From: Lama glama
Lineage: Eukaryota
Length of the DNA: 64,000 nucleotides
Assembly (NCBI GenBank): GCA_028534125.1
Contig: CM052817.1
Location: 79,858,001-79,922,000 of the forward strand
Direction of reading: 5' to 3'
A program made the position numbers and the translations under genes. Every line of letters starts with the position of its first letter. Position 1 is the first letter of the stretch. The notes beneath the pieces are model-generated. The model ran no database searches and was not told the DNA's origin. It saw only the letters and a list, made by a program, of their open reading frames with translations. Positions 35,791 through 48,270 of this stretch are shown piece by piece.

Positions 35791-36420
35791 ACATATATAC
35801 ATGAAAAAATAATTGCAGGGAATTTTCTTCTTTTCTTTTGCAGGAAATTTGTGTTTGCTTATTTATAGTTGCGGCATGGACACTCGCTCTCTCTTCCCCA
35901 CTCTTACCCTCTAAAAGAGGGTCCCCTGCTTTCAGGGTGATTCTTGGTTCCCTTCCGTTGTACAGAATGCAAATAATGAGAAGATGGGAAAGCTGAAAAG
36001 ACAGAGGTTAATACAGATCCACATAATAAAACTGATCAAAGAAGAGAGTGGCAAAAGCTTACTTGGCTTGAGCTTATAGTATCATTTTTTGAGAAATCTG
36101 GGATATTAATCTTGGAGCTAATTTGGTACCAAGACCATATTGAGGATAAGATGGGGAAATGAAATTTTAAAGAAATTTAGCTAAGTATATATTTTGAAAG
36201 TAATCCCCCTCCAGCATATTCAGGAGAGATGGTTATAAAAGATTAAATAGTATTTATCTACTTTCCGATTTCCAGACAGTTTTCTTTGAATAGAATTCCA
36301 TATAAGATTGTAGCACAGAACAGCTTGCTTATACGGATTATATTTTGAAAAGAAGGAAAATGGATAATTAGCTCCACCATCACCTAAGCTTAAAATCACA
36401 AGGTAATCTGATGCCTCCTC

Positions 36421-36760
36421 TGTTAGGTATCTATACCTAACTTGCTACATGTAAATCACCCCAAGACCTAGTGGCTAAAGAGAACAACAAGCACTTACTA
36501 TGTCTCACGGGTTCATCCCCATGTCGCCCTCCCTACAGGACTTCTGGACAGACATGGTGCCTGGCCTCCCACAGAGCAGGCAAACCCAGAGAGCAGGAAG
36601 CTGCACTGCCTTCTATGGCCAAACCTTGGAAGTCACACACCATCACTTCGCATCCTGCTGGTCACACAGGTCAGTTCCAACGTGAGAGCGACCCACCAAG
36701 GCATGAACCAGGAGGTAAGGATCATGGTGGAGAGGGGGTCATCTTAATGACTGCCAACCT
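36421..36760 (-). mobile_element. MaLR LTR fragment (MLT1)
   Basis: AAATCACCCCAAGACCTAGTGGCTAAAGAGAACAAC...CCTTGGAAGTCACACACCATCACTTC. Confidence 0.65.
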
Positions 36761-36965
36761 CACTTGCCTTTTTCTTTCTCCCAAGTCCAAATGGTCCTTG
36801 AATACTGACTGTTCTTCCTTTATGACTTTTTCCATTTGCACCATCTCACTATGTAATTTCTACCGCCCATCTTGATTATGTCCTGACCAATGTAACGGCC
36901 CGAAGGCCTTGACTCTCAGATTTCTCTTTATTCAGCCTTCAGGCACTTTCTGCAGTATTCCAGAG

Positions 36966-37175
36966 CTGCACTATCCAGTAGAACTCCCCGCACTGATGGA
37001 AATATTCTGTATCGGCACTGTTCAGTAGGGTTGCCGTTTACCGCGTGTGGCTGCTGGGCATTTGAAGTGAGGCTAGTATGAGGAATTGTGTTTTTAACTG
37101 CATTTACTTTTCATTAACCTGGATTTAAGTAGCCACATGTGGTGAGTGGCTGCCCTTGTGTTCAGGACAGTTCTG
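36966..37175 (+). mobile_element. MER3 (hAT-Charlie)
   Basis: CCAGTAGAACT...GATGGAAATATTCTGTATC...TAGCCACATGTGGTGAGTGGCT. Confidence 0.75.
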
Positions 37176-37719
37176 TAATCTATGGTTCTATAGCACATGG
37201 TAGGCATCCCACCAGACATTCTTTCCTCTTTTTTATGGCCAACTGTGGTGCTATAAAAACTGCTCTGTGGACATCTGAAATTGAATGCTTAGAGATAGAG
37301 TGAGGAGAGCGTTATAATTTCCCTACTCAAGAAACGCAAACTGACTTACACCCTTCCTGTGCCCATGGACCAAGCATGCTGGACAATAAAAAGAGAATGA
37401 TGTGACTTCTGTCTTGAGAAAGTTATGATGGAAGTCGAGCTGCACAGACACCAGAAAATATCTTGGGTTAAAATGCTAAGTGAGAGAAAATAATTAACAT
37501 ATAATTGCTATTTATAATTTTATTGTCAGTTGAAAGCATTTTCATGTAATCTCATGGACATCTTCCTCATCATCTTCCCCAACCCATCCCCATATGTGAA
37601 TATTAATAATATGATGTATGATATGTTATAATTGAGTAATTGAATATTATGATAATTGAATCATTATATATTATAATATGAGAAGTATTAATACTCACAA
37701 AGCTCTATTGTGTCAATGT

Positions 37720-37880
37720 ATTACCCTCCCTCCTTTCTGTAGATAGGGAAACTGAGGCTCTGGAGGGCTGGCAGACCTACCTGTGACCGACCACACTACA
37801 AGTGAGTGGCAGAGAAGGGCTTTAACCCCAGGACTGTCATGATCCAAAGCTTATTTTGTCAACCATTCTGCTCTACTGCC
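37720..37880 (-). mobile_element. MIR SINE
   Basis: GTAGATAGGGAAACTGAGGCTC...GAGTGGCAGAGAAGGGCTTTAACCCCAGG. Confidence 0.65.
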
Positions 37881-38524
37881 TCATTTTTTATAACATGTCC
37901 TTCACATGCCTTGCTTGGTTTTGAACGTCTATATGTGTGATTTCTTTTTCTCAATATTATTCTAATTATACAATTACATAAATAAATACAGTTTGAATTT
38001 GGCAGTAGTTGTAGCCTGGTTTACACATTGGTGAGAGTAATCACAGAACGTAATTCTCTGCCCAGCCTGTCTCCCCTAGGGAGGGAACGGCAGTCCAGTG
38101 TCAGTTGTACACTTAACATTTGTTTACAGGGTCAGCTCTTTGTAATTGCTCACATGTGCACAATGGACTGTCAGAATCTGAAGGGAACAGATGGATTATC
38201 AAACAATTCTAGGCCAATTTCTTTTTCAGAGGAGAGAATCAGACGGCCAATGAGTTTAAATAACTTGCAGTGATAATTCTCAAGAAGGTACAATTATCCC
38301 TCACCAGAGAAAAGGCAGCAGAGCATTCAGAAATTCCTCTATGCACATACAGTTTATATTTTATTTTATGTTATTCCTAAATCCATTTGTTCATGAATTC
38401 AGTCTGTAGGCAGCCGCTACTGCCATCTGTTGGTGATACGCAGAGTTGATGCACAAAATGGTTCATTTCTAAGAAAGTTCCTAAGTTGAAACTTCATCAT
38501 AGGAACCTCTGTATTCAAAAAAAA

Positions 38525-38690
38525 GCAAGGCATGTGGAAGCAGATAGACCTGGGCTCAAAATCTCAGCTGTGTTTCATATGAGAAGTGTAACCACTTTCA
38601 TTCTTGGTTTTCCATTTGTGAAATGGGGATCATATCTAGTTCACAGGGATGCTCTAAGAATTAGGTAACAAATGTGTATGAGTTTGGGTA
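38525..38690 (+). mobile_element. MIR SINE
   Basis: CAGATAGACCTGGGCTCAAAATCTCAGCT...GGTTTTCCATTTGTGAAATGGGGAT. Confidence 0.6.
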
Positions 38691-38704
38691 AATCCTAGCC
38701 AAAA

Positions 38705-39050
38705 TCCATGAGGCTTAAAACAGTCACTTGTCAATGTCATAGTTCTTGCTCCCATCACAGTCCAAAGTGGGCACTCCAGACCACCAGACAGCTCTCCTCC
38801 AAGTGGTAATCCAGGACCAAACTCCTTCCATCTTACGACTCCACCATCTTCAACTCTGGCCTCCAAGGTCTCCAGTACCCACCAGCAGAGCAAGAGGAGA
38901 GGGCACAGAGGTAAGCAAGGAGGTTTCTATGGGCCAAGCCTAGAGCTGCATGCATTACTTCTATACCCATCGCATTGGTCAGAACACAATGTCATGGCTG
39001 CATCTCACTGCTGGAAAGACTGGGAAACATGGTCCAGCAGTGTCTGCCAT
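38705..39050 (-). mobile_element. MaLR LTR fragment (MLT1J/K-like)
   Basis: GGCTTAAAACAG...CCAGGACCAAACTCCTTCCATCTT...CATTGGTCAGAAC...GTCATGGCTGCATCT...GACTGGGAAACATGGTC. Confidence 0.6.
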
Positions 39051-41254
39051 GGCCATAATTTTTAGTTAATAGAAATGTAAGCATCACTAATGCAGTTATA
39101 AATCTTTCTTTGTGTATTATGTAATACTGTACTTTTCTCAGTTTTTAATATGACACAGATCTGGATCTAAAAGGCATGATGTGATGAATGAGCAGTGGGC
39201 TTGGAGAGTGGCTTCTAATGCTGTGTGTCTTGGACAGATCACCCAGGCAATCTTAACCCCAGTCCTTGTCTGGAGAAGAATGGGGGTAAAGCCAGCTAGT
39301 GTCTATGTAGCCTGCTCTCACTCCCATCTCTCCATTTCTTAAGGTTTATAGCTTTGTGCACAGAGATAATGCAAAATAAAACAAAACATGCAGTGACTCT
39401 CAGAGCAGACAAGTGATAGGGCACAAGTGTTGGATGGATTTACATGGGAAGGTTTCTAAAAGAGAAGTCCCTTAAAGCCTATTCTTGGAGGAGGTGATGG
39501 TCCTGAATAGAGGCAATGAGGTATGGGATGCTGTCTATGGAAGGAAGCCATGAAGAGGACCATAAACAGAATTTGGGGGAGGGAGCATGGTGAGGACAAG
39601 AGGCTGGCTGAAAAGGGGGACCGTGTTGGAGTGAGGCTGGGGGTGCCCTGAAATTGTAGTTTGATAGGAGGGGAAAGAAAACCTTAGTAATAGGCTGTCA
39701 GATTTAGGTGGTCATATTTAATCCAAAGGATCCCAGTAGGAAGCCAGTTATGGCTTTTGTATGGCTAGATGACATCATGAAAATCTGCTAGTCATTATGA
39801 AAAGCAGTCTGATTAGATCATCGCTTGGCTGTGACATAGTGCTTGACGTGACTGTACCCTTTCAGTTAAACTGCTCGACTTCCAATGTCTAAGTGCTCTG
39901 TAAATAATCTTACAAATATGTCAGTTATCTGAATTTCATACCCATTTCAAGGAAAAAGGGTTTTATGTGGTAATGGAGAAAAGATGAGGATGTGGGAAGA
40001 ATCAAATAGTTTACATTGAAAGGAAGCCCTCATTTCTCTGCTTTATTTTATTTTATTTTACTTTTAATCGAGGATAAATATGTAGGTGAGACATGAGTCA
40101 GAGCAAACTCAGAAAGTACCTAGAAGCCTTCAGCATCTGAGGCATGCTAGCTAGTTTCATGTGGGTGAAGTTTGGTTTTCAGGAAGACAAATTGAAAACA
40201 GAACTTATTTATTTAGATTTTGCCCTTCTCTGGGGGACAAACCTACACGGATGTTTGATGAACCAAGAGCGGGAAGAATTTCTTCCTGGGAACTGTGGCA
40301 GGGCTTTGTTCGGAGAGATCATGGCCCCAGAGCAGCCCCTGAGCACATTGCAACTTTACTCTGGACCAAGTCTGGGGAGGAGTCCAAGTTCGAGCAGAAG
40401 CTCAGTCCAGTCCTCCAACCAGGTTTCCAATAAAGGCCTCTGTCACACTCTCGGGACACATGAGACGACTGAAGCATCCCATGGGAAAGCTGTTGGTGAT
40501 GCCCTGGACTCTCCTTCAGCTCAAACAAGCTCTTGGGAAGCAGTTTTTTGTTTTTAAGAAAAAGGTTCCATTTTAGACGGGTAACTATTTGTTATTTACA
40601 TATTAATTTTCTTACACAAATAAAACATTCTACTATTAAAGAACCACGTGACCTTGGCAAGTCACAGGCTTCTCTGGGCTTCGGGTTTTGGTTGTCTTCT
40701 CTGTAAAACACAGAAGCGAGATTATATAATCTCCGAAGCCGCTTCCTGATTTGAAATGATAAATTCTAATTCAAGCAACTTCCTCTTTCTGGTGAAGTGG
40801 CATGAAGCCTAAGGTTACTTTATCACATTGTTCCAAATCTCTATCATTCTTCAAGTGTATAGGAAAAAGACTAGCAGCTCGTTGAGCGCATTCTGCGGGA
40901 AGGAACCTCCATTCAGAGCAGCAGCACGATGGTGGGAGACTGAACTCAGAGCTACTTGCCTCCCACCCCCACAACAGGGGGATGTTCACACCTTTACACT
41001 TCTTAGAAACACCAGTGTTTTTATTGTGACTGTGCAGTAGATTCTCTGGCTGAGTGCACTTTCCAGTTTAGCAATAGTTTATTTGCTGTCTACTGTTATT
41101 CTTTATCCACTTCCACTTGTAAAAGGGATTCTACTTCTTTCTCAGAAAGTAATTTCTTCTTCAGTAAGATCATGTTCTGTATACAGTGTCCAGACAGAGT
41201 ATGTGATGAGAATGTGACAGACAGCGATGAGCTGGAAAGCTATTGTGGGATTTT

Positions 41255-41462
41255 AGAGCTGGGCTCATTGGGTAAGCCATGAGCCACATACGGTTTTTTA
41301 AATAGGAATTAACTAGAATTAAATTAAACTAAAATTTCTGTTTCTCTGTCATACAGCCACATTTCAAATGCTCATAGGCACGTGTGACAGGTGACTTCCA
41401 TTTTGGACAGCCCAGATATGGCACATTCCTATCACTGCAGGAGGTTCGACTGGACACTGCTG
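41255..41462 (-). mobile_element. MER3 (hAT-Charlie)
   Basis: CAGCCACATTTCAAATGCTCATAGGCAC...TTGGACAGCCCAGATATGGCACATTCCTATCACTGCAG. Confidence 0.7.
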
Positions 41463-42799
41463 CCTTCAGGGTCAACTAGTCACAGCAGCATATTCTTAAG
41501 AGATGTTAGGGAACTTGGAAACCACCTAATATGTCCTTCTGTCCAGGATGGTGCAAATTTCTCCAGTACCAAAGAATTTATCACCTTACAAAGTAGTCCA
41601 TTCCATTGGGGGTAAAAAACTATATTAGAAAAGTCTTCGTCCAGTTGGGTCAAAATCCACATCCCTGTAACTTCTGCTCTCTCCCTGTACACAGGATAAG
41701 CGTAACAGTTCCTCCACTGGGCAGTTCATCGGAGCCGCAATGCCACTGCTGTGTCTAGGTCAACGCCTCTTTTCCAGTTAACCCCTGAGACTCCCTGACA
41801 GAGCTGAGACTGACCCCAGGTTTCCAGGTGATGTGTTCCAGCCAAACTCACTGCTTCCAAGTCCAGTGACTGTACCATTAGAGAAGGTGTGTGTCTGAGT
41901 TTATAGCATTGAAGTTCCTGGGCTTTCATCTTTCTTTCCATTTTGTTGTTGTTGTCATCCTGTTGTTTTATTCTCTCTTTTCATTGCCTGCTTCCTAAGA
42001 GACGGTTTCTTCCCTAGTAGAACAAAGATTACTTGAACTCTGCATGAGTATTTCGGAACATAAAACAATTGCTCTCCTGCCCCCAAATGACCCCAGCTGC
42101 CAAGCACAGAAATCACACCACGTGGCTTGCTTTAGTTTCCTAGTTTGAAAGCGGTATGAGGATAGAAGAGGAAGCTAGAAGCACTCAAGATAAATGATCT
42201 ACTTCCAAATGGTGTCTAGAAGAGAGGATGCTCAGTAAGAAAGGGCGTCTGCCTCTCCACGGGGCTCTGTGGAGACTTTGCAGGTGAGATAGTGTGTTAA
42301 GTGACAGTTACAGCTACAGTTCTGTTTGACAAATGCTCATCGAGGTGCGGGGTCTGCACTGGGGCAACAAAGATGACTGACACCTGGTCTTTACCCTCCA
42401 GTCACTGGAGGGAGGCCAGGTGGAGTCAACGAACAGTCCAGGACCACTCTAGACACCACCTGAACACTTGGATGAGGGTGCTTCCAAGCAACCAGAGATC
42501 AGTCTTGCCGTTCAGATGGTCACAAGCAGTTACCGTCACAGCAAAGCCACTTCTGAGAGTCACTAAGGAAGGGGATCTGCAGAGCAAACTTCCTAGAGAA
42601 GAAGACTCTGACCATTCCAGCCTGGGCCCAGCGGGAAATCCGGCCTTACACAAACGGCTGTCTTCCCTTCCAACAAAAAACTGCTGCTTGATGCACTTCA
42701 TTAAATTTGGCATACTGTCAGAAATCGTAATAATGTCACCGACCTCCAGCACCAGCCGTGTCCCTTAACATAAGTGCTAGGTCCATGGCTGACTCTATG

Positions 42800-43240
42800 T
42801 CTATTTGCATGTACTCGTACGTGTGTGTGTGCATATATATGTATTTTTATATATAAAGACATACAAATCACACATGTAGGTTGGATTTTACATATAATTA
42901 TTTTATGTATATATGCACATACAAATGTAGGCATGATTTTATGTTACATATTTTATATTCTAATGGTCATAATTTGTGCATAAATGTATATTTTTATATA
43001 ATGCATATTTCTAGTTGTGACACTTAAAATATATAATATTTTTATATAACATGTAGTATGTATATGTATGCACACATACACACTGAAGACATTTTTGGAA
43101 GGATACACAAGAAATTTTTCATGGTGGTTGCCTTGGGGGAGTAGGAATGGGGATCTTGGGAAGCAGGAAAGGATACATTTGTATTTCACTTTATAACCTT
43201 TACATATATATATATATAATTTTTTACTGTCTATTTATTA
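42800..43240 (+). mobile_element. AT-rich low-complexity (TA/CA) tract followed by an old L1ME-type 3' end
   Basis: Degenerate (TA)n/(TG)n, then TGGAAGGATACACAAGAAA...GGTGGTTGCCTTGGGGGAG. Confidence 0.5.
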
Positions 43241-43969
43241 CTGTTAGAACAACAGAAACATTTCTATTAATACCAGGTTATACTAAGGACACCACTATCT
43301 ATCTTTACCCTGTTTTCCAACATAAGTTCCGAAGTGCAAACAGAGTTAAAAGTCCTTGTTCCAGGCTGGGCTCATACCCAGATGACTGAAGTTGCCATGG
43401 CTTTTTCCATATCTACTAACCTGAGATAACTGGGCCCAAGTTAAGATCAAATGAGATGATATATGTGACTATGTGACAGTGCTTTGCAAACTATGAGCTC
43501 CCATGTGCACGTCCATAATACTGGCCTGTCAAAGAGGACTCAGAACTACCCAACTTGCCTGGAATCATCTAGGTCCTAGTCCTCATCACTGGCCTATTTT
43601 TGAAAAGGGATGTGCAAGTGTGTTTGATGGAAAGGGCTGTGATGCAGTGGGAGCAGGAAGAGAAGAAAGCAGAGGGACAGCAGCACAGGTTAAGGAAGCA
43701 GAGGTTGGGAGAGGAGGTCTCCAGGAGCCCTAATGTTATCTGGCCTCCTTGCTGAAGGGTGCCCCGCTCTGGCATGAAGCCTGAGCTGCCATAACTCGCC
43801 CCTATTCCCAGTTGATGTATGAAGATCTTTGCTGGGACAACGAGTATCATTCTAGATTGTTTCGTGAGAATGTGATGACTTCACATCTCCTTGTCCAAAG
43901 GCTGAGCCAACTCCTACTGTCCTCTGCCAGAGTCCTTTATTGACTCTCTTGAGTCCTCTTATTTAATTA

Positions 43970-44420
43970 TTAATTCAACCACCATTTATTGAGTCTCTCC
44001 TCTCTGCCAGGCACTGTGCTCAGTGCGTGGATATGGAATGGATATGATACTATCCCAGCCATCAAGACAGTCTCTGTTAATAGTGGGTAAGGACATGGAA
44101 ATAACAATTGCAATGCAGTATGTTAACTGTTACAGCAGAGAGACGTGTACAGTGCTATGACAGTGACTAACTATGTAAAGGGACAGAGGAGACACTGAAG
44201 GGTAGGTAGGAGCTTGCCAGACAGAGGTTTTGAACAGAGAGGCTTGAAAATGCATGAGAGATTCAGAGGGAAGTGAGTGATTGGGCTTGGCTGAAATACA
44301 GAGTAAGGGTAAAATGACAGAAGAAAATTTGAAAAGGCTGGGAAAGGTCACATTGTAAATGGCATTTTGCTAAGAAGTTTGCACTTGGTCCCATCATCAA
44401 GAAAGGGCTAGGGAAGATGG
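43970..44420 (-). mobile_element. L2 3' portion
   Basis: ATTCAACCACCATTTATTGAGTCTCT...TGCCAGGCACTGTGCT, followed by purine-rich L2 body. Confidence 0.75.
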
Positions 44421-47400
44421 GGGTCTGTTCATTTGATTTTACATCTTTTGTAAAGAAAATTTATATAACTACACAGTTATTTACCTTTAACAAATTAATA
44501 ACTTATTCATAAAAGAACCCTTCTTAACCTACTTATTTCATTGCAAAATACAATTTGTCATTTATATTCAATTTCTCTCAAATAATTGTTTGGCCACTCA
44601 ATATTGGTAAGCATAAAGCACAGAAGATATTCTAAACCTGTTTGGGAATTAAAATTACCAGTTTGATGAGCTGTTTGATGGCAGCCATGATTTTTCTCCC
44701 AGAAAAATGTAGCTACAAAATAGTACATATGATTTAAGGGACTTCATGGAACTCTTTTAAAAATTCCTGAGTTGAAGCGTTTATAGATAATCAAATGAGT
44801 TTTGTTTTGACAGTTTTGCTTTCAACAAGGGAATTATGTACAGCCTTAGGTACTTACCTAAAGCCTTAAGTTCAAAAGAATGAATTCAAAATCTTATTTC
44901 ACTGATAAAGTCTGAGGTCATCTCCCAAATATAGTGTGGGATGTCAAATTATTTTGAAGCCTTTTTGATTATAAGGACTCTAACTCATATTTTGTTAATA
45001 TGGAGAGGGTCATTAAGCTATTTTAGGATGCTCAAACAAGAAATGAAAGAGGAAACAATCCTATAAAATTGGGTGAAAAACAACGATTCCATCAGATGTC
45101 AAATTTTCAAAAGTGTTCTCTTAACTGCGGCCATGTAAATGCTAGAGTCCATGACCATAAATAAAGATCTCTCCAAAGTTAGCAAAGCTTGCTAACTTTC
45201 AGAACAAAATGTGACTCTTTTATTGATTTATTAACTCAAGAGACCCTTGAAATTGTATTGCCTTTTGCACATGGAGCAAAGAGAACAGATTTTGAAAATT
45301 TATTACTGAGCTTTCCTGTTTAGGACCTGCAGAGAAGGGGAGGCAGAGGGGCGGTGGGGGTGTACTGGAACTTTTTGTGGCAGGAGCGCAAAGAAAAAGA
45401 TGCACTGTTTGCCTTCTGAAAAACAAAATAGGATTTTTTTTTTTTTTGGTGGAGACAGTAAAACCTGATTTCATTGAAAAATAAAACAATTTTTCTAAAC
45501 TCCTGTTTGTCCTATTAACATAGGAAGAACCTGACCTGGTGACTTGGTCTTGAGCTTTGGTGTCAGGGAGGAGGATTAGAAGGCTGGTGGAGGAGTGTGG
45601 AAAGAAGCCAGGAATGGAGGTGGGGGGAGAAGAGAGGCCACTGGGAAGGGACTGAGTCCTGGCCTCCTCTCCTTGGACAAATCCCCAATCCACTAGCTGA
45701 GCAGCTCTACCCCTGTTGTGAAGGTGGAGGTTCCGGCCTGCAGTGCATGTTGGGCTACCACGTGCTTACTCAGAGTCTGAGCTGACCCTCTTGGGCTGCA
45801 CTTGGCGCTCAGACAAGGCAGACAGTTCAGATGCTCCTGCTGGCAGGAGGAGGGCTGCAGAAGGAAGTGGATGCTGTTGGCTGTCCAACTTGGCAGAAAT
45901 CCCCAGGCAAGAGCAAGGTGGCTCTGAAGCCAGGATGCAGTCAACCTTCAGGGTACAAGTCACCAGAGAGGAACCTTGGTCTCCGGCCAAGCTGCGAGAA
46001 CACAGGCTAGTCACACCAGCCTCTGATGTCAGGAGCAGCCACCAGCAGCGTGCCCGGGACAGAAGCCAGGCAGCCAGAGTTCAGGGGACGCCAGCCGGCA
46101 CGTGGCCAGGGATGCCACAGAGAGCAATGCAAAACCCTTCACACGCCCAGCTGCTACCCAAAAGGGAGAGGAGAATTCTGAAAGTCTGAGCATTTACTGA
46201 AGGACTGAATCACCCAGAAGAAACCAGCTCTGATTCATAATATTATATCATATTTGAATAGATTGAAATGTAGACTGAAATGGTACTATTTAAATCGTCC
46301 GTTATTTGTTGATGTGTCTAAATGTCTCCTCTATCCAGCAGGAAGGGAACTCATAAAGGATGAAATTAGCCGTAGAGAAATGAAGAGGCTGCCTTTTCTT
46401 TGCTCATGTAAGTCTGCCACAAGTGAATTTGGAATACTGCTACATCTTTCTTTCTGCTACACAACCCCACCACAAATGTCAGATTGTTTCATGATTTATT
46501 GCCTTCTCTGAAAAATGAGGAGAAAAAAATTCCAAATTTAATTAGCAGGGTTTATCCTTTTAAATACACTTGACAAATATCATTATATATGTTCAAGAAA
46601 TTTTTTACTTTTCTGTTACATAGACCATGTATTTTGTGTGTGTGTGTGTGATACATACATGTATATATCTTAATATTCTCTATTTCCTTTTTTGTTGTTG
46701 TTACATTTCCTGTGTGCTGAGCTGGGGTATTTATTCTTCTGAATGATGCAATGGGTTAACAAGATAGTATATCAGGAAGGAAATCTTCAAAGGTACGAGG
46801 ATCTTAAGACTACAATTTGTTTCAGTTTGATTAAACAGCTGGAATTCCACGCAAGTGGAAAGTTATGAAGGCGGACTCCTAAAGCACACACATCAGTGAA
46901 CAAAAGTGGTAGGAAGTCACTGAAATGAAAGGCGACAGAATGGTTTCTAGCATCTCACCTTTTACCAGCAGTACTCTGCTGCTTTGAGCCTTCGTGCTCA
47001 AAAATCCAGGTTTTGTAACCATAAGAAAAAGTGATGTTTTTACTTGTGAAATACTAAAACTCCTAACCACCAGAGAATGGAGTGGGTGATTGCCTGGAAC
47101 ATTTCTTTCTCTCAAGAAGTAATTATTTTATAAACATATAAAGGAAGCACTGGTAACTATAGTTAATGTGGGAGTTTTTATTTCTGAATAAAAACTACTG
47201 AAATTTATGATAAAGATTTTCTTCATTTTGTACATAGATGTTAGGGGGATGTCAACCAAAATTTTAAATGTAATATTTTGGAAAATTTGATATGACCTAA
47301 TTTTAGCTAACTGGAAATATTTCTAATTAAAGATGAATATATTTCAAGTGACAGAATGCTTAAAGGACACATTCTTTCCAATGTAATGTTGAAACAAGAA

Positions 47401-48084
47401 TTAATGAAAAACAGTAAGATAAAGATCCAAATTTAACTTTCTTCATTTTTGAAAATGATAAAAATCTTGCCAATTGAACTAGAATCTACTTTTTTCTGCT
47501 TAGTTCTGTTTTTACAGCACACAGACTTGGAGAAATTATCAGCACCACAGCACGTATTTAAATATCATATTAAGGTTCGATACATTATTTTAAATGAAGG
47601 GAAAAAATCTAATTTAAAGCAGAGGAAATGTGCTTAATGTTAGTGAGTGTACGAGATGTGATGTCTGTAAGGGAAACAGCGAAGGGAGAGCACTTGTTTT
47701 AGAAGGGAATCTACCAGTGGCTAAACCAAGAAATTCTGATTTGGGGCATTTAACACTTGTTTCATTATTGTATACTTGATTTCCTTTTGTTTCTTCTTTA
47801 GTTTAGTGGTACAAGTGGTTTGTGGCCAAAGAAAGTGCAAGGAGCTTAATGATGTGCCATCACTGTGTCCCCCAGCACTCAGAAACAACAGGCTACTCTC
47901 AGACAGTAAACAACACCCACGAGGAAACCACTTCAGAAATTCAGGTCACTGCTCGCAAGAGGACAGTTTTACTGCAAAGCACCACATAGAATAAAAATTG
48001 CTTCTAGACAGAGGAATGCTTAGGAAATAACACTGTCAAGGAGGAGAGGGCACAGAAAGGAGCCTCTGCAATCATTGTGAGATG

Positions 48085-48270
48085 GTGTGGAGGGAAATTC
48101 GGGGATTTGGAGGACTGATTGCCCTGGAATTCAATCCCAGTTTCAGTACCAGCTGGGAAGTTGCTTAAGCTCTCTGCACCTGCGTCTTCTCCTATGTCAA
48201 ATGGGAGTAAGGATACAAAGATTGTTATGAGTATCAAGTCAGTCAAAGCAGGTAAAGTGCTAAGCTCGGT
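48085..48270 (+). mobile_element. MIR SINE
   Basis: TTGCCCTGGAATTCAATCCCAG...GGGAAGTTGCTTAAGCTCTCTGCACC...CCTATGTCAAATGGGAGTAA. Confidence 0.65.

Noticed and set aside
45175..45199. Perfect 11-bp hairpin AAAGTTAGCAA-AGC-TTGCTAACTTT
   Set aside because: A single short AT-rich inverted repeat, plausible by chance in 64 kb, with no supporting context.
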